This document shows positions 1 through 9,080 of a DNA stretch of 64,000 bases, piece after piece. The stretch comes from Candidatus Omnitrophota bacterium. GTDB taxonomy: Bacteria; Omnitrophota; Gorgyraeia; B26-G9. The notes below the pieces were generated by a model. The model was not told the origin of the DNA and did no database searches. It saw only the letters and a program-made list of their open reading frames with translations. The stretch's first letter is position 1, and each line of letters opens with the position of its first letter. Location of the stretch: NCBI GenBank assembly GCA_043805415.1, contig JAZDHZ010000027.1, positions 71,542-135,541 of the forward strand, written 5' to 3'. The position numbers and the translations under genes are program-made.

Positions 1-727
1 TTTTATTGGTAGTAGTCAAGGTTATAATGTGTGCTAATTGTTTAGGCAAACTAATAAACCTCTGGTTTAAAAGTTCAATATCTTGCTGATTTACATCCTT
101 ACTTCTAACCCTATCCAGTAAATCAATAAATTTTTTATCTGATTGGCGATAGATCTTATGCAATTCGATATAATGCAAATTAAGCTCTAAAAATACCGCC
201 GCGTTAAAAAAATAAGCGCTACCGTAATGCTGTTGAAAAAACGCCTTCATTTCATCTCCCCTTATTACCGGGGGCAATTGAAACAAGTCGCCAAACATAA
301 CTACTTGCGCTCCGCCAAAAGGAATATCAAAGCCTCTGTTTATTCTAAGCGCATGATCAATCCCATCCATCAGATCAGCGCGCACCATTGACACTTCATC
401 AATAATAATCAGTTCAATATTCTTAAATATTTCCCGGTTACGCATTTTGCGAATTACTCGTTTATCAATGAATTTGGGAGGGAACTTAAAAAAAGAATGA
501 ATGGTCTGCCCCATAACATTGATCGCCGCAACTCCTGTGGGCGCTAGAACAACCGCATTCTTCTTCGTATTTGCCTTAAGGTACCGCAGCAATGTTGACT
601 TACCGCAGCCAGCCCTTCCGGTAACAAAAACACTGTCATTAGTATTTTCAATCACATCCAAAGCTTGTTTAAATTCATCGTTTATTTCTATGTAATCAAG
701 CGTTTCCCTGCTTAGAGCTTCACTCAT
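1..727 (-). CDS. Pif1/RecD-family ATP-dependent DNA helicase, N-terminal part (gene continues beyond left window edge)
   Basis: Minus-strand ORF opening with ATG at 727..725 (MSEALSRETLDYIEI...). It carries a Walker A motif (GRAGCGKST) plus VLAPTGVAA and IIIDEVSMV helicase motifs typical of the AAA_30/PIF1 helicase family. The frame stays open to position 1. Confidence 0.7.
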   Translation of the reverse strand, partial: MSEALSRETLDYIEINDEFKQALDVIENTNDSVFVTGRAGCGKSTLLRYLKANTKKNAVVLAPTGVAAINVMGQTIHSFFKFPPKFIDKRVIRKMRNREIFKNIELIIIDEVSMVRADLMDGIDHALRINRGFDIPFGGAQVVMFGDLFQLPPVIRGDEMKAFFQQHYGSAYFFNAAVFLELNLHYIELHKIYRQSDKKFIDLLDRVRSKDVNQQDIELLNQRFISLPKQLAHIITLTTTNK

Positions 728-931
728 TTTTTTTGTTTTTCCTCAAAAGTCATAAACCCTCCTTTTTTAATATTTTAACCTAAATAGTTTCTACTGGCAA
801 TGATTTAGGTAATTTGCTAATTATGCCTGCAATATATGAACAGTGATATAATCCTTGCAGCAAAAGATAGAAAAATATATACTATTATTAAAGAAACAGC
901 CTTAACTTAAATATAAAAAGAGAGCTTATAT

Positions 932-1309
932 ATGGCTAAGATTAAAGTTTTGATGATTGATGATGATATAAAGTTTTTAGAGCTGGTTAAATTAAACCTG
1001 GAAGATACCAATGAATTTGAAGTAAGAGCAGAAACCAACGGCAGTGTGGGATTAAGCGCGGCAATGATTTTTCATCCGGATATTATAATACTTGATATTG
1101 TGATGGGAGACCAAGACGGTTCATCTGTAGCCAAACAGCTAAAAGAAAATGTAAAAACAAAAGATATTCCAATCATATATTTAAGCGGCATTTTAAAACA
1201 AAGCGAAGAAAAGGATCCGCATGGATTTTTAGGCGAATATCCTCGTTTAGCCAAACCAGCCAGCACGGAAAAAATAATTAATTGCATAAAAAATAATATT
1301 AAAAAATAA
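932..1309 (+). CDS. Single-domain response regulator (CheY-like receiver)
   Basis: 125 aa. Acidic pocket DDD near the N-terminus, phospho-acceptor context IILDIVMGDQDG, and the conserved Lys in LAKP. No output domain. Confidence 0.75.
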   Translation: MAKIKVLMIDDDIKFLELVKLNLEDTNEFEVRAETNGSVGLSAAMIFHPDIIILDIVMGDQDGSSVAKQLKENVKTKDIPIIYLSGILKQSEEKDPHGFLGEYPRLAKPASTEKIINCIKNNIKK

Positions 1310-1535
1310 ATACTATTTATTAATATTCACCATAAATAAACCCCTTGGACTACTGAGTTTTTATTCTAATCAATATTAATTTAAACATGCTGTTTGCTCC
1401 AAAAATTAGGGATCAGGTAAAACATCAGTATGCCCAATCAGAATTTTTTTCCAAAGATATAGTATTGTACAATTTTCTTTGTTTTGTATCTCAAATAAGA
1501 CCTTTGTGACTTGTGTAATACTTTTAAGCCGGCTT

Positions 1536-2078
1536 TTAGGAAAAACGCGCCCCCTCAGAAACTGTCCCGAAATGCACACCCGCTATTCCCTGAGACTTAA
1601 TAAACTCCAGATAACAATTGATCAGCCTTTTACCGACTTGACGGCTACGGTAATCTTTATCAATATTTATATGCAGCATTGCCGGATACTCCGCGGAAAA
1701 ATGCAGCGCGTAAAACTCACCCTTTAACGCGCTTTTTATAACATTGAAAAACAAAAGCCATGTTTTGCTCTTTAAAAAAAAGCCTCTTTTAAACGCTTTT
1801 ATCAGTAATTTAGGCAATATCTGTTTGGAGAATATCCGCTCCATCCCGGCCGCATTCTTAGTGCCGATAATATAGCCTATCACCTGGTCATGAGCTGCCG
1901 CGACAAAACATGATTCCGCCTCATAATCCGTATAATATAGCGTTAAGGCATCAGCCAGGACTTCGTCATCATCAATAAAAAAGCTACGCTCTTCTTCGAG
2001 AAATGCTGTTTCACAGCTGATCCTCCGCACAGCATCCCGGTCTTTTACTTCAAATTTTCTAATCTGGATATCCGGCAA
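1536..2078 (-). CDS. GNAT-family N-acetyltransferase
   Basis: 180 aa with an acetyl-CoA binding-like segment (QVIGYIIG...; RSRQVGKRLI) typical of the GNAT fold. Confidence 0.55.
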   Translation of the reverse strand: MPDIQIRKFEVKDRDAVRRISCETAFLEEERSFFIDDDEVLADALTLYYTDYEAESCFVAAAHDQVIGYIIGTKNAAGMERIFSKQILPKLLIKAFKRGFFLKSKTWLLFFNVIKSALKGEFYALHFSAEYPAMLHINIDKDYRSRQVGKRLINCYLEFIKSQGIAGVHFGTVSEGARFS

Positions 2079-2215
2079 TTTATTTATCCTCTTTAGTCTG
2101 GTCTTGGATTAAAGAATATTTGTTCATCACCACTGTGTAGCAAAATTCCCCAAGGCCTTTAATTTTAAAATGATCGAAACACATAACGGTTTTCTTGATA
2201 TTCTACAAACTCTAA

Positions 2216-2662
2216 TCATTTTAACATCCGCGCCTTGCGCCTATTCATAAACCATAAAATAATAAAATAAAATATTATTGCTAAAATTAAACCCAGGACA
2301 AAGCTGCCGATAAACAGCGGATAATAAAAATCAAGCATCTGCTTAAATGTAATTCCCTTGAAATCCGATAAACTTAATGGCTCATAACGAGCCCCGAGAA
2401 TCAATCTCCCGATACTATAACCTGCCCAGGTAATAAACGGAAGAGTTGGCGGCAAAGAGATATTAGTTCCGATTAAAATAGCGATTTTATTAGCCCGCGG
2501 AATCAAAATAGCAAAAATAACGCAAAGAATTGTATGAAAGCCATAAAGCGGCATAATCGCGATCATCACCCCGATAGAAACCCCTAAAGCAATTTCCGGC
2601 GGCGTATTATTAAGGGTTAGCAACTTAGCTAGAATCTGTTTAAATTTTGCTTTTGAAATCAT
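2216..2662 (-). CDS. DUF2062-family small polytopic membrane protein
   Basis: 148 aa. Segment PEIALGVSIGVMIAIMPLYGFHTILCVIFAILIPRANKIAILIGTNISLPPTLPFITW matches the conserved DUF2062 pattern (AxGxAxGxF..P..G.Q..A..R.N....G..ISNP.T). It is the last gene of the rSAM/AsmA-like operon. Confidence 0.55.
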   Translation of the reverse strand: MISKAKFKQILAKLLTLNNTPPEIALGVSIGVMIAIMPLYGFHTILCVIFAILIPRANKIAILIGTNISLPPTLPFITWAGYSIGRLILGARYEPLSLSDFKGITFKQMLDFYYPLFIGSFVLGLILAIIFYFIILWFMNRRKARMLK

Positions 2663-2847
2663 TTATTTCACACAATCATTTTTCTAAATAAAGCTTAAGT
2701 ATCTTTTATTTGGCTTAATATATGCGCTATTATAGCCCTAAGCTATCTAGAAAGCAATTTAAGGTATTTTACATTTATCATCAAACATTATCGCAAAACA
2801 GATAAAACCCGATATATGGTGATAAAATTTCCTGTTTTATTTGCAGT

Positions 2848-4557
2848 TTATTGTCGGACTTCAGCTGGCAGGAGAGAATCAGTTGGAGTATCAGCAAGAT
2901 TATCAAAAACCTTTAACTCAAGCTCAAGCGGCACAAAACCAGCGCTAGCTTGATTTTCTTGAACCAGACCTATGCTTATCCTTTTAGGTTCAAAACCTTG
3001 CGCAATAATAAAATCATCGGCAGCCTTGGCACGTTCCGCGGCTAAAGCCTTAAGCGCTGATTTGTCCGCTGCCCCATCTTCAATCATCTGGCGTTTAATC
3101 TCTTGATTAATTTTATTAAAATCATAGCCGCCTGCTTTTAAACGATATGCTTTGATAAGCTTCCGAAGCGCGAATGCACCAAAACGGTGTTCATATATCT
3201 GCTCATATATCCAATTATCCGAACGTTTGGATTCTTTTCTCATTAACAAAAAGTTGTTCTCGAAAACCTCGGTTTTAATCGCCCGCCAATCCGCTACTGG
3301 GTCATAACATTCTTTCACCACAAGAGTAAGATTTGGTCGCTCTTTTAAGGCGCTTACAATCAATTTTAATTTTTCTTTTTCACCATCAGATAAGTCCGTC
3401 CCCCCAGGTAAAAAATTTACATAACCAAACTCTTCAGCGCTGTTTTCCGAACCAACAAGTGATACTAAGAAGCTAAACGGCTTGGTAACAATTTTAAAGA
3501 AAAAATTCCTTGCCACCTGTCCGACAAGCTTAAAATAATGAAAATCAGGGCTGTTCATGTCACCATCAACTGGTAAGGATATATTGATCCGGTTTTGCGA
3601 ATCCTCCAATAAAGCTAAGGCCAGCCCAAAAGGAAGGTTTAAAGCGTCTTTACTCTCAACCTTGTCTCCAAAATCAAATCCCTGAACCAGAATCTTGTGC
3701 TTAGCATCCAGTTTATTATCCTCAATTCGATACTCCATAGTTATATTCAATTTTCCACTTTTTGCCGCGTGCCCAGTGTACTTCCCCACATAAGGAGTTA
3801 ATACCTGCAGAACATAATCATTAAGCTTAAACACGGTCTCAAATGAAAAAGGAATCGCGAATGGTTTAATAAGTGTTTCATCAGTAATTGTCCCTTGATC
3901 ATCAATCTTTGCCTGAAAAGAAACTTTAGCTTGAGCATCCGGACTGGTAGAGAGATTAACAATGCGCAAAGTCATATTGCTTAAAGCCGTAACAAAGTCA
4001 GGATTTACTGATTTATCAATAAAACAAATGCTTCCCTTATTCATGCTTATTGAATCCACCCTGACCAAAGGAAGCGGTAAGGATTTGTCAGTTCCCGCTT
4101 CTGGGATATTGCCATTTTGAGCAGGAGCAGGCTGCTGAGATTGGGATTTTTCAGTTTGCTTTGGAACAAGCTCTAATAAATTAATATTGCCCTCACCTGA
4201 TAGAACAATATTCACTTTAAGCCCATTTATCCCTAACGATTCTATGTGGTATTTTTTTTGCAATAAGCTGATAAAACTAATATCCAGCCAAAATTTATCA
4301 AATCCGACAATGATCTGTTTATTGCTATCCAATATTTCCAAGCCTTTTACTGATAATCTCAATAAAAACGGATTGAATTTTACCGAACACACTATAACCT
4401 TATGACTGATAAGTTTGGAAACTTGGCTTTTGATCAGCCATGGACAAATCAGGGGAATCAGCACAAGTGATAAGCATAAATAAAACAAAAAAATCCCCAA
4501 AATTACTTTGGCTATAATCTTAAGTGTTTTTTTATAATATTCATTTTTTCTTTCCAT
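2848..4557 (-). CDS. AsmA-like / DUF748-family envelope protein (N-terminal membrane anchor, large periplasmic domain)
   Basis: 569 aa with an N-terminal TM helix (ILGIFLFYLCLSLVLIPLICPWLI) followed by a long beta-rich domain. The architecture is typical of the AsmA-like/DUF748 lipid-transfer superfamily. The family call rests on architecture only. Confidence 0.4.
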   Translation of the reverse strand: MERKNEYYKKTLKIIAKVILGIFLFYLCLSLVLIPLICPWLIKSQVSKLISHKVIVCSVKFNPFLLRLSVKGLEILDSNKQIIVGFDKFWLDISFISLLQKKYHIESLGINGLKVNIVLSGEGNINLLELVPKQTEKSQSQQPAPAQNGNIPEAGTDKSLPLPLVRVDSISMNKGSICFIDKSVNPDFVTALSNMTLRIVNLSTSPDAQAKVSFQAKIDDQGTITDETLIKPFAIPFSFETVFKLNDYVLQVLTPYVGKYTGHAAKSGKLNITMEYRIEDNKLDAKHKILVQGFDFGDKVESKDALNLPFGLALALLEDSQNRINISLPVDGDMNSPDFHYFKLVGQVARNFFFKIVTKPFSFLVSLVGSENSAEEFGYVNFLPGGTDLSDGEKEKLKLIVSALKERPNLTLVVKECYDPVADWRAIKTEVFENNFLLMRKESKRSDNWIYEQIYEHRFGAFALRKLIKAYRLKAGGYDFNKINQEIKRQMIEDGAADKSALKALAAERAKAADDFIIAQGFEPKRISIGLVQENQASAGFVPLELELKVFDNLADTPTDSLLPAEVRQ

Positions 4558-4687
4558 ACTGATTATCGCGTTTCTAGGTTTGATTAAATGTCTGTTTATT
4601 TAATTTCAGTGATTATTTATAAGATATCTAATTTTACCCCCAAGTATTACCATTGTCAATCAGTCTATATATTCGATTTTTCTCTGA

Positions 4688-6367
4688 TTATCTTACGAAT
4701 TTTATTTTTGTTTCTCCCTCACCAACGCCGCATACTCTTAATCCGCGTAAAGCCTTTCGAATATCTTTATTCAAAACAAATTCTTCTGGTTTAAAACTAT
4801 AAATAAACTCTCCCTTTTCTTTAGATTGTTTCACCCGGTAGATTATTGACTCGTCCAAAAGCATACGCAAACAGATTTTTCCCAGACTATTGCGGTCAAG
4901 TTTTAGCCTAGAACGCAATTGCCTGTCCTTGATCACCTGCCCCTTGGTCTGTTTGCACAGAAATTTTCTCAGATCAGGAATCAGAGCAGAAGCTGTTAGC
5001 TCCTTGATGAAATTAATTATCCTGGCAAAATACACTAAAGAAAAAATCCGATCGCGCGAAATATCCTGGTCAAAACAAGCCGCGCTGCTGCGAAACAAAA
5101 CATAATCATCTTCCGGATTGCAAAACACATCAGCTAATTCTGAAAACAAAGTACTCTCCTTGACTGGATAAAAAATACTCGGCCCAAGCAAAGCCGGCTT
5201 AGCTGCCAGCAAGCGAATATCTCTTAAACCATCTTTAAATCCCTGCCCGGGAAAACCCACAATATAATGAATAGTTGGCACAATATGCTTTTTGGCCATA
5301 AACCTGGACAGGTTAAATACCTTAGCCGTAGGATCATTGCGGTGCAGTTTTTTCCTTAAGCGTTCTTGAGAACTGGCAATTGCCAGATCAATGTGGGTTA
5401 ATCCTGCCTGGATTAGTTTATCCCGCGTAATCCGGTCAATGCCTGAAGCTAATAAACCATTCATAAATGATATTTTTATTGTGCCGCTAAAACGCTGGAT
5501 GATCTTATCCAGCAGCGGCCGGAATTCTGGATTAAGATTTATCGTATCATCTTCAAAATTAAAATGCCGGATCCCTAAGCTAAAAGCATCTTCCATCTCC
5601 AGCATTACATGATCGGCGCTGCGGAAGCGAAACGTCTCGCGGATAGCGCAAAACCGGCAGCCCATACTGCAGCCGCGTGATGCCAGCAGCGATGTACTCA
5701 TACAGCCTTGAAAAACATACTTAGTATAGTCAATCAGCCTGCGGTTTAAAATCGGCAGAGAATTAAGATCTTTTATTATTGCGCTTTGCCTGCTGATCCG
5801 CATCTTACCGTCATCGAGCTTATAACACAGCCCGGGAATATAGCCTAACTTACCTTTTTCATGGGCCTGGCATAATTTTAAAAAACTCTGTTCTGCCTCG
5901 CCTTTGATTACAAAATCTATTTCCGGCCGTCCCAGCACAAACTTCGCGTCCGAGGTCGCCGCTCTTCCGCCAAAAACCACCTGAATTCTGGAATCAATTT
6001 TCTTTACCAGTTTGGCCACAGCAAAAGCATTATCCAGATAAGCAGTGAAATTAGCCGATATCCCGACCATATCCGGCTTTTCTCGGCAAATAGTTTCAGA
6101 GATCTGCCGATCATCCTTGCCAAAGCAATAATAATGGGAAAACAGACAAAAAGCAGAGCGATTAGGCTGATAATAGCGTTTTAGATAAAGCAATTGTTTG
6201 GGAAAAGCCAGAGACTGTTTAGTATAGTCTTCCAGACAATTCAAAACTTTTACGCTGAGGCCGTTATAATCAAGCACAGTTGCCAGAGAAAGCGTTCCCA
6301 AAGGAAATGCCCGCTGCGGGGTAAAAAAGAAATCATTTATTGGGGGATTAATAATCAGAATCTTCAA
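4688..6367 (-). CDS. B12-binding (class B) radical SAM protein
   Basis: 559 aa. N-terminal cobalamin-binding Rossmann-like region (MKILIINPP...VGISANFTA...VVFGGRAATSD). Followed by a radical SAM core with CxxxCxxC (ASRGCSMGCRFCAIRE). Confidence 0.75.
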   Translation of the reverse strand: MKILIINPPINDFFFTPQRAFPLGTLSLATVLDYNGLSVKVLNCLEDYTKQSLAFPKQLLYLKRYYQPNRSAFCLFSHYYCFGKDDRQISETICREKPDMVGISANFTAYLDNAFAVAKLVKKIDSRIQVVFGGRAATSDAKFVLGRPEIDFVIKGEAEQSFLKLCQAHEKGKLGYIPGLCYKLDDGKMRISRQSAIIKDLNSLPILNRRLIDYTKYVFQGCMSTSLLASRGCSMGCRFCAIRETFRFRSADHVMLEMEDAFSLGIRHFNFEDDTINLNPEFRPLLDKIIQRFSGTIKISFMNGLLASGIDRITRDKLIQAGLTHIDLAIASSQERLRKKLHRNDPTAKVFNLSRFMAKKHIVPTIHYIVGFPGQGFKDGLRDIRLLAAKPALLGPSIFYPVKESTLFSELADVFCNPEDDYVLFRSSAACFDQDISRDRIFSLVYFARIINFIKELTASALIPDLRKFLCKQTKGQVIKDRQLRSRLKLDRNSLGKICLRMLLDESIIYRVKQSKEKGEFIYSFKPEEFVLNKDIRKALRGLRVCGVGEGETKIKFVR

Positions 6368-6382
6368 ATATATACTTATTTC

Positions 6383-7633
6383 TCATCTGCCGTTAGAAAT
6401 ATTGAAATAACCCTGGAGCAATTTGGGAAATTCTTTTTTTAATCTCCCCATTATGGTTTTTACCCCTAAAAGTTTTCTTGGCCCGGAACGTTTATGTCCC
6501 AATTCCTGGAAATAGCGCTGCGGATCATAGTTTAAGTTCCGCCACTGGATCATATCTACAGCAGTCTTGCGGATAAATCTCTCTAACTTTTGCCATTCCG
6601 CAACCTCGTCCGTAAACCCTGGCATAGTCAGATAATTTATCGACACAAATTTTCCTTTATTTTTAGCAAGCATAACTGAACGGATAACATCCTCAAATTC
6701 ATATCCGATCGGCCGGTAATATTTATTATAAAATTCTTTTCTTAAGCTGTTAAAACTTACCCGCAGGCTATCCAATCCGCTGTTACAAAGTTTTTCCACA
6801 ACCCTGGGCAGGCTGGCGTTTGTATTCATGTGAATCGTTCCTTTGGCAGTCTTGCTCCTTATTATCCTTATCGCTTTATCAATAACCTCCCCGGCTAAGA
6901 GCGGTTCTCCCTCACATCCCTGGCCGAAACTGACAATTGCTTTACGCGTGTTTTTTATGTGCAGCAGCGCGATCTCGGCAAGCTCCTCCGGAGTCGGCAT
7001 AAAACTTATCCTTTCCTGCGAAGAAACACAAGAACCTTTTTCCTGAAAAGATATACAGCCAAAACACCCCGCGTTACAATGCGGCGATGACGGCAAAGGA
7101 CACTCGTAGCGGCCGAGAAAAAAATTTATCGCGTTAGGGCATTGAGAATTAAGCGCGCAAGTGCGCAGATGCATAATCAAACGATTACTTGTTTTTCTGA
7201 ACTTTTGAATATTCCTGCGTACATCCGCCATATTCACTAAGCTCAAATCATGCACTTTTCTCTGGTCAACGCGTATTGCCGGTACATGAAACCTGCTCTT
7301 ATACCAGACCAGCGGCGCGTAGGAAAACAAAGGCAGAATCTCTGCTCCAGGCTCTTCTTTATACGCGCAGGTAAATAACTGCGTATAACCCGGCGGCACA
7401 AACGCGGCTACTGGAAAATAATCCGCTATTTCCCGAAATATCTTTTGCCGCAGATCAAAACCCAGCGGCCTTCTTTTCGGCAGAAAAAAAATCTTTGTTT
7501 GGCAAGGCATAGGAATAAGATCTTTTTCCTCCAAAGCAAAAATATTCTCGCCAGCCATAGCGCAGGCAGCAAAGCCCTTAACATCGCTTATGTTATTATT
7601 TTTATCCGCAATCAGTAATATTGGTTTTGCCAT
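6383..7633 (-). CDS. Radical SAM protein with an N-terminal domain of unknown function
   Basis: 416 aa. CX3CX2C motif (CNAGCFGC) at about residue 180 followed by a glycine-rich SAM-binding segment. The N-terminal ~170 aa is unassigned. Separated from the B12-rSAM gene by 15 bp. Confidence 0.65.
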   Translation of the reverse strand: MAKPILLIADKNNNISDVKGFAACAMAGENIFALEEKDLIPMPCQTKIFFLPKRRPLGFDLRQKIFREIADYFPVAAFVPPGYTQLFTCAYKEEPGAEILPLFSYAPLVWYKSRFHVPAIRVDQRKVHDLSLVNMADVRRNIQKFRKTSNRLIMHLRTCALNSQCPNAINFFLGRYECPLPSSPHCNAGCFGCISFQEKGSCVSSQERISFMPTPEELAEIALLHIKNTRKAIVSFGQGCEGEPLLAGEVIDKAIRIIRSKTAKGTIHMNTNASLPRVVEKLCNSGLDSLRVSFNSLRKEFYNKYYRPIGYEFEDVIRSVMLAKNKGKFVSINYLTMPGFTDEVAEWQKLERFIRKTAVDMIQWRNLNYDPQRYFQELGHKRSGPRKLLGVKTIMGRLKKEFPKLLQGYFNISNGR

Positions 7634-7694
7634 AATCCACTTTCTAACCTATTCGATAAGTTATCCTAATTATTAAACAAGAACAATCTCATTC

Positions 7695-9080
7695 TTATTT
7701 GCTTATTTCATCAACTTTTTTCACGCTAATAGCAATAAGATACCCCAAAACAATAACCATGCTCACTAATGCGAAAATAAGCAGTTTTTTAGGTGATATT
7801 ATCGGCTTATGTTTAATATCCGCATTCGCATTAACTTTTTCTTCTCCGATTTTCCAGCGTTCACCGTTAACCAATGGTATTTCCGATAATACTGATGAAA
7901 CATCATAATGAGGCGCTTTAGCTTCCGGCCCTCCATAATAAGCTTTTAAATTTTTCGCGTTATTGGGAAAAAATATCACTTCATGAACAGAGCCTTCGGC
8001 CTGAACCGAGTTGACTTCAATCGGAGCATTATCATAATTAAATATCCGGACGCGGTATTTTTTATACCTATTTTCTTTATCAGGTAAATCAATCCTGAGA
8101 TTTTCCTTATGAAAATCTCCAGCGTTTATATTGAATAATTCACCCGCAACAAGTCTGATCCAGTTTGCCTCAGGATTTAAAGGATTATCCGCCTCCACAA
8201 AAACTTTACGTTTAAAGTTTCTGTCTGTGATGCTAAATAATATCCGGGTTAAAGGCTCTCTTTGCGAATTCAAATAGATATCGCTGGTTTTATCTTTTTC
8301 ATTAATTGTCACTTTTGCTATATCCAGGGGATAAGGAACCGTCTTAATTTCCCCATAAACCATCTTTTCTTCCCGGCTAATAAAATCAAGCTTGTCGATA
8401 TGCAGCACACCCTCATAACGCATAAAAGCAGCATACTCTTCTTTAACTTTTCCTTTTGCGTATTTAGTAAATATTTGCGAAAATGAGGAAACAAGCGCTT
8501 GCGCCACATTATCAATGACAATCTTATAATATTTAAACGGTTTTTTCTCAAAAGATACGCTGGTATTGCTAAGATCGATAAATCGCGAATAATCAAAAAT
8601 CGGCTGATTCTCACAAAGAATCTGCCATTGCGTTTTATCGTCACTGCCAAACACTGACACTGTTTTTTCAAAATTACTATTTGAAGTTTTAATGATTACA
8701 TCTGAAGGAATAATCAATTCTTTTTGCTTTTGTTTTTCATCATCTATTTCCAAGACAATACTCAGTCTATTGTTCGCAAGCTCTTCAAGGCTTAAGATTT
8801 TCATAGCAACCGGAGATTCGGTTAGAATCTTTTCCTGTCCTCTTAATTTCCGGACCAGATAAGGCACTTCCTTATCTTTCGCGTCATAAATCCTCAAATT
8901 GGCAAAATCATTATCAGTATTAAGATATAGCTGACTATCAAAAGTCGCTGCGCCCACTTCCTGTTCCATATTTTCAGGCGCTGTTAATTCCTTGTAGAAT
9001 AAGAATTCATTTGCCGATACTGGTGCTGCTAAACAAACTGCCAGAACTAAAATACTGAATATCCTAATCGAGTTTTTCAT
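7695..9080 (-). CDS. Secreted/anchored DUF3999-like protein (signal peptide, C-terminal TM helix)
   Basis: 461 aa. N-terminal signal peptide (MKNSIRIFSILVLAVCLAAPVSA) and C-terminal hydrophobic helix (LLIFALVSMVIVLGYLIAISV). Overlaps by 4 nt the downstream end of a large polytopic membrane protein gene. DUF2339/DUF3999 pairs are commonly arranged this way. Confidence 0.35.
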   Translation of the reverse strand: MKNSIRIFSILVLAVCLAAPVSANEFLFYKELTAPENMEQEVGAATFDSQLYLNTDNDFANLRIYDAKDKEVPYLVRKLRGQEKILTESPVAMKILSLEELANNRLSIVLEIDDEKQKQKELIIPSDVIIKTSNSNFEKTVSVFGSDDKTQWQILCENQPIFDYSRFIDLSNTSVSFEKKPFKYYKIVIDNVAQALVSSFSQIFTKYAKGKVKEEYAAFMRYEGVLHIDKLDFISREEKMVYGEIKTVPYPLDIAKVTINEKDKTSDIYLNSQREPLTRILFSITDRNFKRKVFVEADNPLNPEANWIRLVAGELFNINAGDFHKENLRIDLPDKENRYKKYRVRIFNYDNAPIEVNSVQAEGSVHEVIFFPNNAKNLKAYYGGPEAKAPHYDVSSVLSEIPLVNGERWKIGEEKVNANADIKHKPIISPKKLLIFALVSMVIVLGYLIAISVKKVDEISK

